Assembly (NCBI GenBank): GCA_900088475.1
Contig: FLMG01002472.1
Coordinates: forward strand, 18,979 to 82,978
Origin: Hyphochytrium catenoides
Taxonomy: Eukaryota; Protista; Hyphochytriomycota
DNA length: 64,000 nucleotides
Reading direction: 5' to 3'
Each line of letters opens with the position of its first letter. The first letter of the stretch is position 1. Under the pieces are notes generated by a model. That model did no database searches and was not told where the DNA came from. It saw nothing but the letters and a program-made list of their open reading frames with translations. The position numbers and the translations under genes were made by a program. Shown here one piece after another: positions 1 to 11,800 of the stretch.

Positions 1-90
1 GATGCGAATCCAGAGACCTGATTGGGGGCGTTGAGGGCAGATGTGAGCTAGATGCGGTTTTGGCTTATAAAAGCCTGTCTATACATATAC

Positions 91-510
91 CTGCACAGCC
101 AATTGCTCATTGGTCTTGAGATGCTGTTGAGAGCCCATGATAACCCGGTTATGCCCGACTCCTGCTTGCCTACAGTTGTACGAGATCTCCCCTCTAACCT
201 CAGATCTGCGTAGGCAAGTGTGCTTCCCACCCAGTCTATTTTAATGGGATCAACGGCGAGGATTGAGTTCCATTCTGCCGTGTTCTGCGCTCTATTGCAT
301 GACAAGGCAGAAGGAAGAAAGAGCGGCCCCCAAGCAGCAGGAATCAGCCCTCAAGCATCTCTTTCTTTCAGTGGGAAAGGCCGGCGCCGAAAGGTTTGTT
401 GATGCATCAGATCGTTTGGGGTCAAGTTGCCCTAAAGACCAACAGGGAATATTACTCGTAGGAACTACCGCTCGGCATTGTAGTAGTCGTATATGTAGTT
501 CAGAGTACAG
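91..510 (-). CDS. Internal exons of an unidentified minus-strand gene running off the left edge (partial)
   Basis: 291..91 is a 201-nt open exon (AQNTAEWNSILAVDPIKIDWVGSTLAYADLRL...MSNWLC) with a pyrimidine-rich acceptor and a GTATAT donor. A phase-compatible short exon (CTLNYIYDYYNAER) lies at about 510..469. No family recognised. Confidence 0.35.
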
Positions 511-1642
511 CTGAGACTAATAATGGGCGTTACACCCAGGCCTTGACCAGGCTCATGTTCTCGGTCCTCCGTTCTCAACAACTATCACAGAGACAGCGCG
601 CGACACACCACTGTCTTGCCTTCACTTGAGGAGCAGCAGAGGACTTGGCTCAATCCTGCCCAAACCAAGGACAAAGAAGAGCGGGAAAGACTGCACGCTA
701 CAGTGCTCAGACGAGCTAGGAGCAGCCAGCTGGAAATGGACACGGTCAGCTGGCCATTAGGTTCTCACCCTAGCTACATGAACCAACCTACCTCTACATC
801 CCCACTCACATCATATAACGACGAGCGTTAATAATTACAGCTTCTGAGTACCATCAGAAATCTGTTATCCAAAGGTCGCCGCTTATGAAACCATCAAACC
901 CCTCGAGATGGCCCAGAGATCGTCAGGTGTGTACCGCTAATAGCAAGATCAAGACTCCTCCCACATATCCTCCTTCGACCTACTATTCAGGGAGCCCCCG
1001 AAGCCGTCAAATGGCTGGCCAGGAATTGAAGCTCGCTCATGCTGAGGTGACTTCTGCTGCCCTCGAAAGCCTCCCAGTTTCCTCCTTTTAATTGTCCCGG
1101 CGTCCGCTCCCAGGTCAATGGCTACCCCTCAAGACAGGCGACTGCACCCGCCATCCCAGTTAGCGATCAAGCTTTTGGTTTCGAGGAGGTTCAAGTTCCA
1201 GGGAATACGAGGAAGCTTATCCCCATTACGGCATTACAATCAGGATCAGCCGAGGAAAGGCGTGGACCAGGCCTCTACTCGCCATCAGTGAGAGCCATCC
1301 CAAACCGCCGCAAGAGCGCTGCCTCTCCTTTGCTTTGACCGTGCTATACTGCTTTCTTCCACTCATCCGGCTCTTCTCGGTGTCTGGCTGTCTCCAATTT
1401 CGTTTGTGATCTTTGGACATCCTATATCTGGCTCTCTTTCACTCCACCGCCCTAAGAAAGTTTCGCTTTCAGCCCTTTTATTCTGTTCTTCTCAGCGATA
1501 TCGACCATCGTTCTTCGTATGTCTGGAGTTTCAAGCCCGTCTAATCCTCACCTCCCAACTCCCCTTCTCCAGTTCGTTTGAATATCTCTTATCTTTGCTT
1601 ACGTATGGCGATGCACACATCTCACTTCCACCCCGGCTTATC

Positions 1643-3707
1643 ATGCAGTACCCTAAAAGCCCAGGCACACAGGGACCTCGCTTTGGCCAGTCAAGGTCGA
1701 AGCGCGAAGTTTTCAAAACCAATCCTCTACCCGTGAGTAGAGACAACTGTTAGCCGTGAAATATGGTAGACTAGTTAGTTTTCTAAGGCTTTCCTGTCAA
1801 CTCTTGAAGAGTCCAGCCCAGTATACGACTGGCCCTACCAATGGTAACGGAAGAGCCATAACCTCCCCATTTGCATCCCGTACCCAGAGATCGAAGGTAA
1901 GAGAAGTGGTCAGTCAGTGTGAGATAAAATGGGCAGAAACTCAGTTCTCTACTGCATTGTAGTTAGAAGAGAACTCCGACGCCACCCCTGGTCCAGGATC
2001 CTATCATGGAGATACGAATACGAGCCTCGCCGCGAACGCCAAAGGTAGCGGAAGATATGTTCTAGCGAGTGGCATCGATGCTAAAGCGCGGCCACGCAGC
2101 CATCAGTGCAGTCAGTGCAGTTGGCTTTGGTCGGAAGAGCCCTCGGGAAGGGTGGTATAACTCTATCGAGGCTCCCTTTAGCACGCCCACTGCCATGATA
2201 ACTCCGGGACCAGGGAGCTATAACCAGCAGAAGCAAGGTAGCATACAACTACTCGTTCCTGCCCCTTTGGGTCTTCGTTTCTCGATCCTGTTTCCATCCT
2301 ACAATTCCCGTAGACTTCTTTTAATCCTTGCACCCCTTGAACTGCTCTATCTTTCGTATGCTCGCTTCTAAGTTTGCGGAAACACCACTTGATGACATTT
2401 TTCTGTAAGAATTCCTTGTAATCGAGAGCAAACTAAAAGATGAGGAGAGTCACCCAGCCGCCTTTCTGAGTAGTTCAGCACGGACCTGCTTCAATGTGAG
2501 GAGTCAAGAATCAACGCCAGTAAGTTCTTTCAATACTGTTATGTCATTGCTCAGCCACTAACCTGCAAATGCCTGACAGGGTCCGGGAAGCTACTCAGTG
2601 CTAAAAGAAGATGTAAGACCGCCAGGTGTTCAGAATGATGCCCGCGGGTTCATAGGGTACGCTGGGGAGGTTTTGCATCCACGTGGGGTCTGCTGACGTG
2701 AGTGTGTTGGTCCTAATCACCGTTTCTCGCCAAAGATCGAGGCAAAACAGATTTGGGCACGATAGTTGGGCCACCTGCAAATCAGAAGCCCCTGGTCCCG
2801 GAGCATACTCGTTGGAGCCAGACACAGACAGTCCGGCGTCCCGCGGTTTGCAGAAACGGCCTGGATTTCAGTCTTCACAGAGCAGATTTTCCTCCAACGT
2901 CCGTGAGACTTGTGACTCCCCCACTCCAACCGCCACTCACAGAACTGCAGAGGAGGTGCAGCAGATGCAGCCTGTGGCATCAGCAGCCTTGAAAGCAGGG
3001 CACCAGCCACAATCGCCAGGTAAAACCCTTTAATCATATGGTATGGCCATCCAGCTGTCATCATCTGACATTTGCTTCCCGCCATATTACTTCAGCGAGC
3101 AGAGTTACGGAACTTATGGGAGCTGACGAAGGAAGGGAGGAGAGGTGCTCTTCATTAACAAAAAAATGCAGCGGAGGGTTTTGCACTTCCGCCGCGCGGT
3201 TTCAAGAGCAAATGTTTCTTGGAGAGAAGCTCTCGGATACGCCGGGACCCGGTACAGTGGTTGCTAAGCTATATGCACGAAGTCCATCTGATCTTAGGGT
3301 ATTTATATGGCTGTCTCCCTTCACTTTCAGGCTCCTACGGAACACTCTTGCGGAGATCTACAGTCCATCGAGGACGAGGTGCCAGTCAGGGCGCCCCCAC
3401 TGTCCCACAATCAAGCTTGCAGGTGGCGAAGCTCCTGGCACCGAGAGTCTCTTCCAAGACATGTACTGGGGATGCCTCTGAACTTCTGACATCTCTGACA
3501 CTTAAACCCCTTCCCAACCCTGCACCCTACAAGGTGCAGTCTTCGGCAAACCCACCTGGGCTAGAAGGCGATGATGTTGTTGCTCCTCAAGGCTCCAGTA
3601 AACCGGCCACTATTTCGGATACGAGTGACCTTTGGAGGCTTAAGGAGAGCATAAGCATTAAAGGCGCGAGGGTAAGGACTGCTGTTGAAGAGATCAACCA
3701 TGTTTAG
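1643..3707 (+). CDS. Sperm-tail PG-rich (STPG/SHIPPO, ODF3-like) repeat protein, multi-exon
   Basis: Exons from ATG 1643 (1643-1732, 1810-1896, 1963-...) give five PGPG[S/A]Y motifs, several preceded by F-x-S-x-x-x-R-type segments (PFASRTQR, AFLSSSARTCF, GFCTSAARF). Two motifs are completed only after splicing. Stop at 3705-3707. Some internal exon boundaries are uncertain. Confidence 0.8.
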
Positions 3708-4852
3708 TGGAACCGCGGGGATAGGAATAGGGTAGGGCACCGCATACCTACCTCTGGCTTAGGTTTTGGCGTATACGGCCAACTGCCATGATTGGAAGAA
3801 ATCTGTGTGTTCTCGATCACCCTGGAAAGGAGGCTACAAGAGACTGAGAATGACTCTTTCTTCAAGCTATTCAAGGAAATAGACGGCGGCCGCGGAAGAT
3901 TGTCCTCACACAATGGTCGTGGCAAACTCCTCATGCCGAGGAGAGAGATCCTCTTCGCTACCCTGGGGTTTATCTTGAATTTGGTACCACGCCCAGGATT
4001 TGTTCACATAAGCTGGCTATCAAATGATGGCTCATTTAGGGCTCTAAACCATCAGCTCTCTCTTCCCCTCTCTCGGCCTTACTTTGCCAATCTTCCAACT
4101 AACGATAGTATAAGAAGCATTTTAGAGTTCATCTTTGGTTGTTATTTAGTGCGACAAAAAAAGATTGTTACTTGAGAGAGAAAGACTTAGCCTCATGCAG
4201 ACTGTTGTCAAGAATCAGTACGGATAATGCTAGCACTCTCCTTGCTCTTATTAAAGCTCGAGCTGTTTCGGGGTGCCTCTAACCATTAATCCTCATGCTA
4301 CGTACTGTAACAGCCTGAACTCTAATCAAATCGGGTTCCGACATAGCCGGTTAAAGAGGGATTGTTAGCGAATAAAGCATGGCCATCCATTTTGTGTCTA
4401 CAATGTGAGCCACGACTTACGCAGTTGACCCTCAACTCCTACTGCGCAAGAAATTATCTTATTATGGCCATCCAACGCTCCCCCTACTATAGGCTGCCCA
4501 CTAGACTCTGTAACAGAGACCGGCGGGCGAGGGCAAGGCGACTCTCTTAAAGTGCTGAATACCCCGGATTAGATGAAATTGAAGGCTCAAACATGAACCA
4601 GACGATTAACAACCAAAAGCGGCGTCATCTTCACTCTTCCTGCGCCTCAGCAACCTACTGTACTGCTATCGCCGCCTCAATCACTTCCAGGCGCGCGTTG
4701 TCGAACCCTCTGTGTTAGCATGTCAGCATCTACAAACTGATGAGTCGAAGGCCCACCGTCACTGTGCTGCGAGCTGCAGGCGTAACGTCGAAGTGCCTAC
4801 TTACGTTTACGCAGTTTAGATTTCTTACCTCTCCACGGTTATCACAACAGAA

Positions 4853-4925
4853 GCTCTTGTAGCTCAGTGGTAGTAGCATTCGCTTAGTAAGCGAAAGGTC
4901 CTGGGTTCAATCCCCAGCAGGACAA
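4853..4925 (+). tRNA. tRNA-Thr(AGT), acceptor stem imperfect (possible pseudo-tRNA)
   Basis: D arm GCTCAGTGGTAGTAGC; anticodon stem TTCGC/GCGAA with loop TT-AGT-AA (AGT at 4886-4888); T arm CTGGG-TTCAATC-CCCAG; followed by an oligo-T Pol III terminator at about 4930-4936. Only 5 of 7 acceptor pairs form. Confidence 0.8.
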
Positions 4926-5820
4926 CTTCTTTTTTTCCCGCTGAAACACTAAAGTGAAGGTCTTGGGAGTGCAGGGGCTGAGCAGGGAGTGTGGGGTGTG
5001 AGCTGGACCTACAGTACTGTACTCCTTTAGACCCTCCTAGACCACTCTGATTTATAAGTCTAATTGCACTGTGTAAATAGTCCTACTTGTACTTGGACAA
5101 CTTCAAATGTGAGGGAGCTGGGGAGCTGGACACTGGAGTAAGGAATCATAACTACAAGTACAAATATTAGAACTACTGTAGGAGTGTTGTACGTACTTGT
5201 ACTTTGTAAAGTTGAGGAGCAGTGTGGATGGTCAATAGAATGGGTCCAAGACGGCACAAGCACACAAGACACGAGCAGCTCCTACACAGTATACAGAATT
5301 AGAGGCTGCGAATCAGGTATGAGTGAGGCTCAAATTCTGGATCTACTGGAGGTTCTTTCAGATTTTGCACAATTGTCGAAGTTGAAGGAGCGATGAGAGA
5401 GAAGAGGAAGGCTGGCCTGGCGAAAGGACATCTTCAAGAGAAGCAAAGCCTTTTCTCTACTTTACTGGCAAGATCAGAGGCACAGACGAAGGACGGAGGG
5501 TGCGCTATCGTCACCTCCTGGCGCCCATGCCCGTGCTTCTGGATGTTGAAGATCAAAGGCGAAGAAGAAGGGTAGAGAGAGTGATCATCACTTTCTGGCC
5601 CCTTCCTTGCCCATGCTTTCAGGGTGTATGACGAACTTGGCGCTTGCCGCTAGTTGGCGTCATTAAACGCGTTATAATAGCACTTACTTAGTTGGCGGGT
5701 TCTATCTCATAGCCGGAACGCCAACAATGACTCTCTTAACCTTTGGTCCTAGCGTCGCTAATTACAGGCCCAGTCGTCTTTGATTGCCACTGTTGAAGTT
5801 TGGGGCGTAGCACACTCTTT

Positions 5821-5830
5821 GCCACCATGG
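5821..5830 (+). promoter_or_regulatory. Strong translation-initiation context GCCACCATGG for the giant gene
   Basis: Exact Kozak-type consensus around ATG 5827, followed directly by a signal-peptide-like MVRVQYLYTSLLTQCLLVWAVSNA. Confidence 0.6.
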
Positions 5831-8800
5831 TGCGGGTTCAGTATCTCTACACCTCTCTGCTCACACAATGCCTCCTGGTGTGGGCAGTCTCAAATGCCGC
5901 CGAAATGGTGACGCCAGCTGACTTTGTTCATCTATCTTGCGATACTAGCCCTGACACTGTCGCGTCGCCTTCGAGCAGGTATATTGTCATAATACTTAAG
6001 AGGCTAACTCAGTTTCTGATGCTAACCCTTCCCTCCATCTGCCGCAACGTCAGAATCAATGTCCAAAGCAGCATGGTTATTGTTGAGCGGGATGGTCTAC
6101 CTGTCTGCTACTTTGACGAAAGCTCTTTTATCACAGTGACGACGCACTTTGAAGATGCCACAGCGAGCTGCTCATTTGGTGGATCGGTACTAGTTAAGGA
6201 AGGCCCGGTACGCCAGCTGGGGCCGGTAACGCTAGTCAGCTCCGAAGGGAGAGGGGAGCTTGAGATCCGGCCAAGTTCCTCGAATCCCCTTGAAAGAGAG
6301 GTCGTCTTGAAAGGAGAGGGGCTAGAGGGCGGCGATGTGTTGGTTCTCTCTTTGCCAAATGATATCGGTTGGACATCTTTTGCCCTCTCAATAGACGAAG
6401 CCTCACAGACAGTAACACTATCGGTCAATCATCGGCACATCACTGCCACCCTAGGCTCTGGAGGTCTTGACATCTGCAAACAGTTGAGCGTGGGCACCGC
6501 GCCTGGAAGTAGTTTAGGGTTCCAAGGCTTTGGGCGAGACTTCTTTTATTTCCCTTCGCTTATGAGATACTCAGGGCAGACACAGCTGGCCTATACACAT
6601 TCAGGCCCTGACGTTATCGCTGGCAATGCAGGGTATGCCTTCCAACTAGCTAGCAGGAGCCATGTCACGGCGGAAATATATTTAGGCCCTGAAGCCTCAC
6701 TTCCAATCACCCTACAGGGCTGGGTGCGACCGCACAGTATTCAGATTGGGTCAAGTCAGCATATAATATCTTTGGAGGGACTGGGAACGCAGTCGTCGCA
6801 CAGTATCCTGGCAGTAAGTGTTCTAGGTCTTTCAAACAACCAGGCTGCATTGGCGTTGGAGTACTGGACAGTCGGACGTGAAGAAGGTTTTACGTGGGCC
6901 TCACCTCCTCTAGACTTTCGCAGCTTAGAAGGTGTCTGGAGTCATCTGGCGGTAGTGTGTCACTCTAATCAAGTTCAGATCCTTGTTAACGGCACAGAAA
7001 TGGGGCTTCTCAGGTTCCCTCTAGATAGTGCTCTGGCGTGCCCTCGTTGCGTGCTGCAACTAGGTGGGACAAGGGTCAGTACTCCAGGGCCCACCTTTTC
7101 ATATCGAGGTTACGTTGGAGAAGTGGACGAGTTCCAGCTCTGGCAAGGTGCAGCAGGTCCTGAGGAAGTTAGGCGTTACATGAAGTTGAAGCCAACAGGA
7201 GTGGAAACCGGGCTCTTAGGATACTGGTCCTTCGATGAAGGGGAAGGTAGCGTGATAGCTAACAGAGTCTACCATCAAGAGGTTTCGAAAGACATGGGGG
7301 TTTATAATACAGAGGCTCGTGTGGCAGGCGTTTGGACATCTTCTACGGTCCCTCTAGCTCACCAGGAGACAATGATGGGTGATTGGGAAGTCCCTCTCAG
7401 GTTCGAGGGTGTCAGCCGTAGATGCCGAAAATTGGAGGTAGTCTTAGAGTCAGTTCCAATTGTTGGCCTTCTTTACCTACATCACGATCGGCACAACGGA
7501 GAGTCAGACGCATATGATTTAGGTGTCGGCGACGCCTTTTCCCTTAACCACACCGTGCGCTTTAGAGCTTTGACGACGGATCTGACTAAGGAAGTCAAGA
7601 CGGAGGTCCAGTACAGGGTGCGGTGCAAAGGTTCGGCGGGTCTTTCAAGGAATGTGGCATTCATAGGACTAAGTATCATTCCCTCCCCGTCAAGTCCTTT
7701 ATTGACCCTGACGCCAGATGCTTCTATGGTTTTGCGCGGACTTAAAGTTGAAGATATTGATGAGTGGGAAGACAATGCCGGTCTAAGAGCTGCTATCTCT
7801 CTACAGAGTAATGAAGCATGGCCTACTTGCAACCTGTCTAGCCCTTTCGCCTCGATCGTGGTAGGGTCTGATGGTGATAGATGGCGCACAACACTTCCAA
7901 TGGTGGCTGCAACCCTTTCTGGCAGAGCCTCTCAAGTCTCGCAGATGCTAGGAGAAGTCAAACTCCGTACTGGCGGCGGTGATGTCAAGCATGGGGAGGT
8001 AGCTCTCGCAGTCCATGATGGACAGGGAGGATCAGCCTCTATGTCAATGGCTTTCGGTATCTCATTGACAATACCGCCGCCAGAAGTGCTGAGCGCCTGG
8101 CCACTGAGTGCACCGGTCGGTGGTGGTAACTTTGTCGTTGCTGAGGGACTGAACTTGGCGACAGGTAAATAGTTGCTGATTCCGCTCCGAGCGCCTTGTG
8201 GGGGACTAATTCTCAACGTTTCCTTTGTTTTCCGTCTATTGACAGGGCTAGTTTTCTGCAGCTTTGGCGGGCAGCGGCAACAAGGTGTTCTGATATCTCA
8301 CTTCAAAGTGCGTTGCCGCATTCCTCCAGTGCTTAGACCAAGTGCCATCCCTTTCGTCGTAATCACACCGTCAGGACAGAGCCTACCACTGGCCTTTACC
8401 TACTATGAAGAGCCTCACGTTGACACTGTTTCGCCATTGAGTGGTCCGCAACTGGGTGGAACCCGCATCTACATTAATGGAAACTTCTCTCAGGCACATA
8501 AAGCATGGTGTCGCTTTGGCTGGGAAAAGGTGAATCAGGTGGAGGCTGTAGCCATTTCTGAGAACCAGATGGAATGTATCAGCAGACACCAGTCAACCGC
8601 AGGAGATTTGCCTGTCTTCCTCTCGCTGAATGGTATCCACTTTCATCAGAGCTTTACCTTCAACTTCTATGAAACAGAGGTGGTATTAGCCGTCCAGCCG
8701 TGGCCTTCGGACTCAGATCACGACATGCAGACAATGGTTGTCTTGGGTATGAATTTTAGGAATTTCAGCTCGCTGGGATGTCAATCTGGGCTCCAGCGTC

Positions 8801-11800
8801 TTAAAGCTACATTCATCTCTTCGAATATTGTTCACTGTTCCTTGCCGGTTGAAAAAAGCGTCAGGATAGCCCAAGGAACTCTCGCTGTGGCAAACAATGG
8901 GAGAGATTATGGCTCCGCGGCGCAGTACGAGTTTGCCTTAGTTCCTACTCTTAGCAGTAGCCTCCCTTCTGCCATTCAGGGCACACGTGAGCAAGATATA
9001 CTCTTGCTGGGGCAGGGTTTCGCCCCAACGTCTGCTTTGCGTTGTCGTGAGGGTCGAGCGGTGACAAAGGGAGTCTATTTGTCCGCAGATAAAATGCGGT
9101 GCCGGCTTGGGAAGGCGATACCAGGAGAGGAGCGTGCGATCTCGGTTTCCCTCGATGGCTCTGCTTATAGTTCTCCTCTTTATATACCGGCAGTGCCCGA
9201 CCCCGTTGTCCTCTCAATTCTTCCCCCTCATCTGCAATCATCTGGAGGGGATCTTATTACCATTTTCGGAAGGTATTTGGGTCAAGGCTCGAGTCTGATC
9301 ACAAGGATTGTCTGTCGCAGTAACTCCACTATGACCACTGTCGCCGCGAGGGTGATCAGTGATGGGGTGGCCACATTTGATTTGCCCAAGCTTCTCCCGG
9401 GTGTCTACCGTCTTCAATTAAGCTTTGATGGTCAGCAGTTCTCACCTCTGTCTGATGAAGGAATAACCATTTTATCCGATAGGCTTGCTGTGGCTGGCAT
9501 TGACGGGCTTGAAGGCCCAGAAAGCGGGGGCACCAGGATCTTGATGACTCTTTCGCAGCCCTTAACCCATGGAGGTGCTCTTTCATGCATCTTTGGAACC
9601 TTGAGGGTCAAGGCATCCCTCACTGACCCACAGACAGCAACCTGTCTCTCGCCTCCAATGGTAGACGATGAGCCAGCTGTCCGAATGGCACTCACCTTCA
9701 ACAACATGGAGCTACCTGGAAAAGAGGTTCATTTTCAATATTTCCCAAACCCTCAAGTTCTATCTGCGGAGCCCACTTTTGTCCTGACTGGCTTAGCCGC
9801 TACGATCATTACTGTTGGAAACCATTTCCACAAAGGCGAGAGGCTTGCGTGTCGTGTAAAAGGGTGGGAAGAAAGGACCTTGAAGTTGGATTACCTATCT
9901 CAATCTGTGTCTGCCTGCCACATACCGCCCGAGATCACCGCCAGCCAAGAGGGGGCGTTAGAACTGGAGTTCTCCTTTAATGGAGTGCAGTGGTGGACTC
10001 TGCCGACGCTGGTGCAGATCCTCCCTTTGCCTGAAGTAGTGAGTATTCGGCCGACCTCAGGCATAGAGACAGGTTCAACTCATGTCTACGTTCAAGGCTC
10101 AGGCTTCCGAATGGAGATGGGGTTAGAGTGTCAGTACGGTGACTCGAGGATAACGGCGGAGCTCATTTCCGGCCGTCAGCTGTTGTGTCGATCCCCTCCC
10201 AGAGGGAATGAGGGCGAAGTGCCTCTTTCGCTGGTGGTGCCAAACCAATATACGGTGAAAACTGATATTCACTTTACCTACTTTTCCCCCCCAAACTGCA
10301 ACAGCATATCCCCCATCATGGGGAGTGTGGGTGTGTCTCACTTAGTAAGAGTCCATTGTGAATTAAAACATCCTTTGGAAAGTATGTACTTCAGCTTTGG
10401 AGACCATAAGAAACGATGCGAACACAAGGACGGCGGGCTCTATTTATGCGAGATAGGGCCATTGGTAGCTCCGGGCTCGCTGGACGTGTTTGCCAGCCTG
10501 AACGAGGTTGATTTCACAGCCACAGGGCTGAAGTTCAAGGTCCATCCGCCCCCCACCATAAAAAGCGTGAGGCCGGCTTACTGGAGCGGTAGCAGCCAGC
10601 AGGCCATTCATCTGACCGGAGCTCACTTTGAACAAAATGCTGCCGCGAAGTGCCGGTTTTCTGCTCCAGGAATGGAAACTATCATCACCTCTGCGACAAT
10701 TCACTCTCCAGTGTCTGTCACTTGTCAAGCACCTATTCTTAGCTCTTTCCAGTCAACCACAATAGTCCGTGTGCAATTCTCCTCCAACGGGGAAGAGTTC
10801 AGCTTCAGCATGGGCCATCTCACGGTATTGGGGGGAGCGGAAGGAACACAAGTTCACCCTCCAATTGGAAGCCCCGAGATGAGGGTACCCATCGTCTTCT
10901 ATTCCTCACTATTTCTAACCATGTCAGGCAAGGCGAAGGCGGGATGTGTGTTCAATGGTACGACTTTGTCGCCGGCGAAGGTCAGATCCGGAGGCTGGGT
11001 ATCCTGCGCTCCCCTCAATTTAACGGTAGGGGAAGCTACAGTTTCGTTCGTGGTTGGAAACGCCTCACAAAGAGTCGGCCAGTTCAAGTACCTGGTGCTT
11101 GATGATCCTGTGATCGAGAATTCACATCCTCCTGTCATTATTGCCGGCAAGTCCACTGAGGTGGTACTGACGGGGACAAATTTCCACAATTCTGGCGGTG
11201 GCTCTTGTAAGGTCGGCAACTTAGAGGCGCCGGTTGTGACGCGTATAAATGCAACGGCTCTGGTATGTCATGTGCCTCCGTTGTTTCCCGGGAAGCACCC
11301 GCTGGGCCTCAGCATACACCTGCCCCACTTTATAAGAGCCCCTATTGACCTCACGGTTGTTCCGCAGCCGACAATCCGGCACATCTCCGCCATGTGGGGT
11401 TTCTTTGGCACCAGTAACTCCTTAGTACTCGAAGGGCGGAATTATCTGGAAAATCGAACATTCTGCAGGTTCACAGCCGATGGCAGTACTGAAAGCGTGA
11501 TTGTGTCTGCCATAGGAGATTCGCGTACCATCTCTTGCACAGTGCCGGAAATGAAAAGTGCTAGAGGGCTTCTCAAAGTAGAACTGACCCTCAACCATTA
11601 CGATTACCTTCTAGTTGGCTTCTACGAACTGTTGGAACCGCCACAACTGCTCTCCATTTCTCCTTTGATGGGCTCGGAGGAGGGTGGGACTACCGTAACA
11701 ATCACTGGAGGACCATTTCCCAATAGGCCTCTGAAGTGCGGCTTCGGTGATTACGCTACTAACCTTCAAGTGGCGGAGTGGGTGAGCAACGAGCAAATCC

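Noticed and set aside
3704-4175. ORFs 3704-3934 (-) and 3792-4175 (+) downstream of the STPG gene
   Set aside because: No recognisable domain, and I could not build a consistent spliced model.
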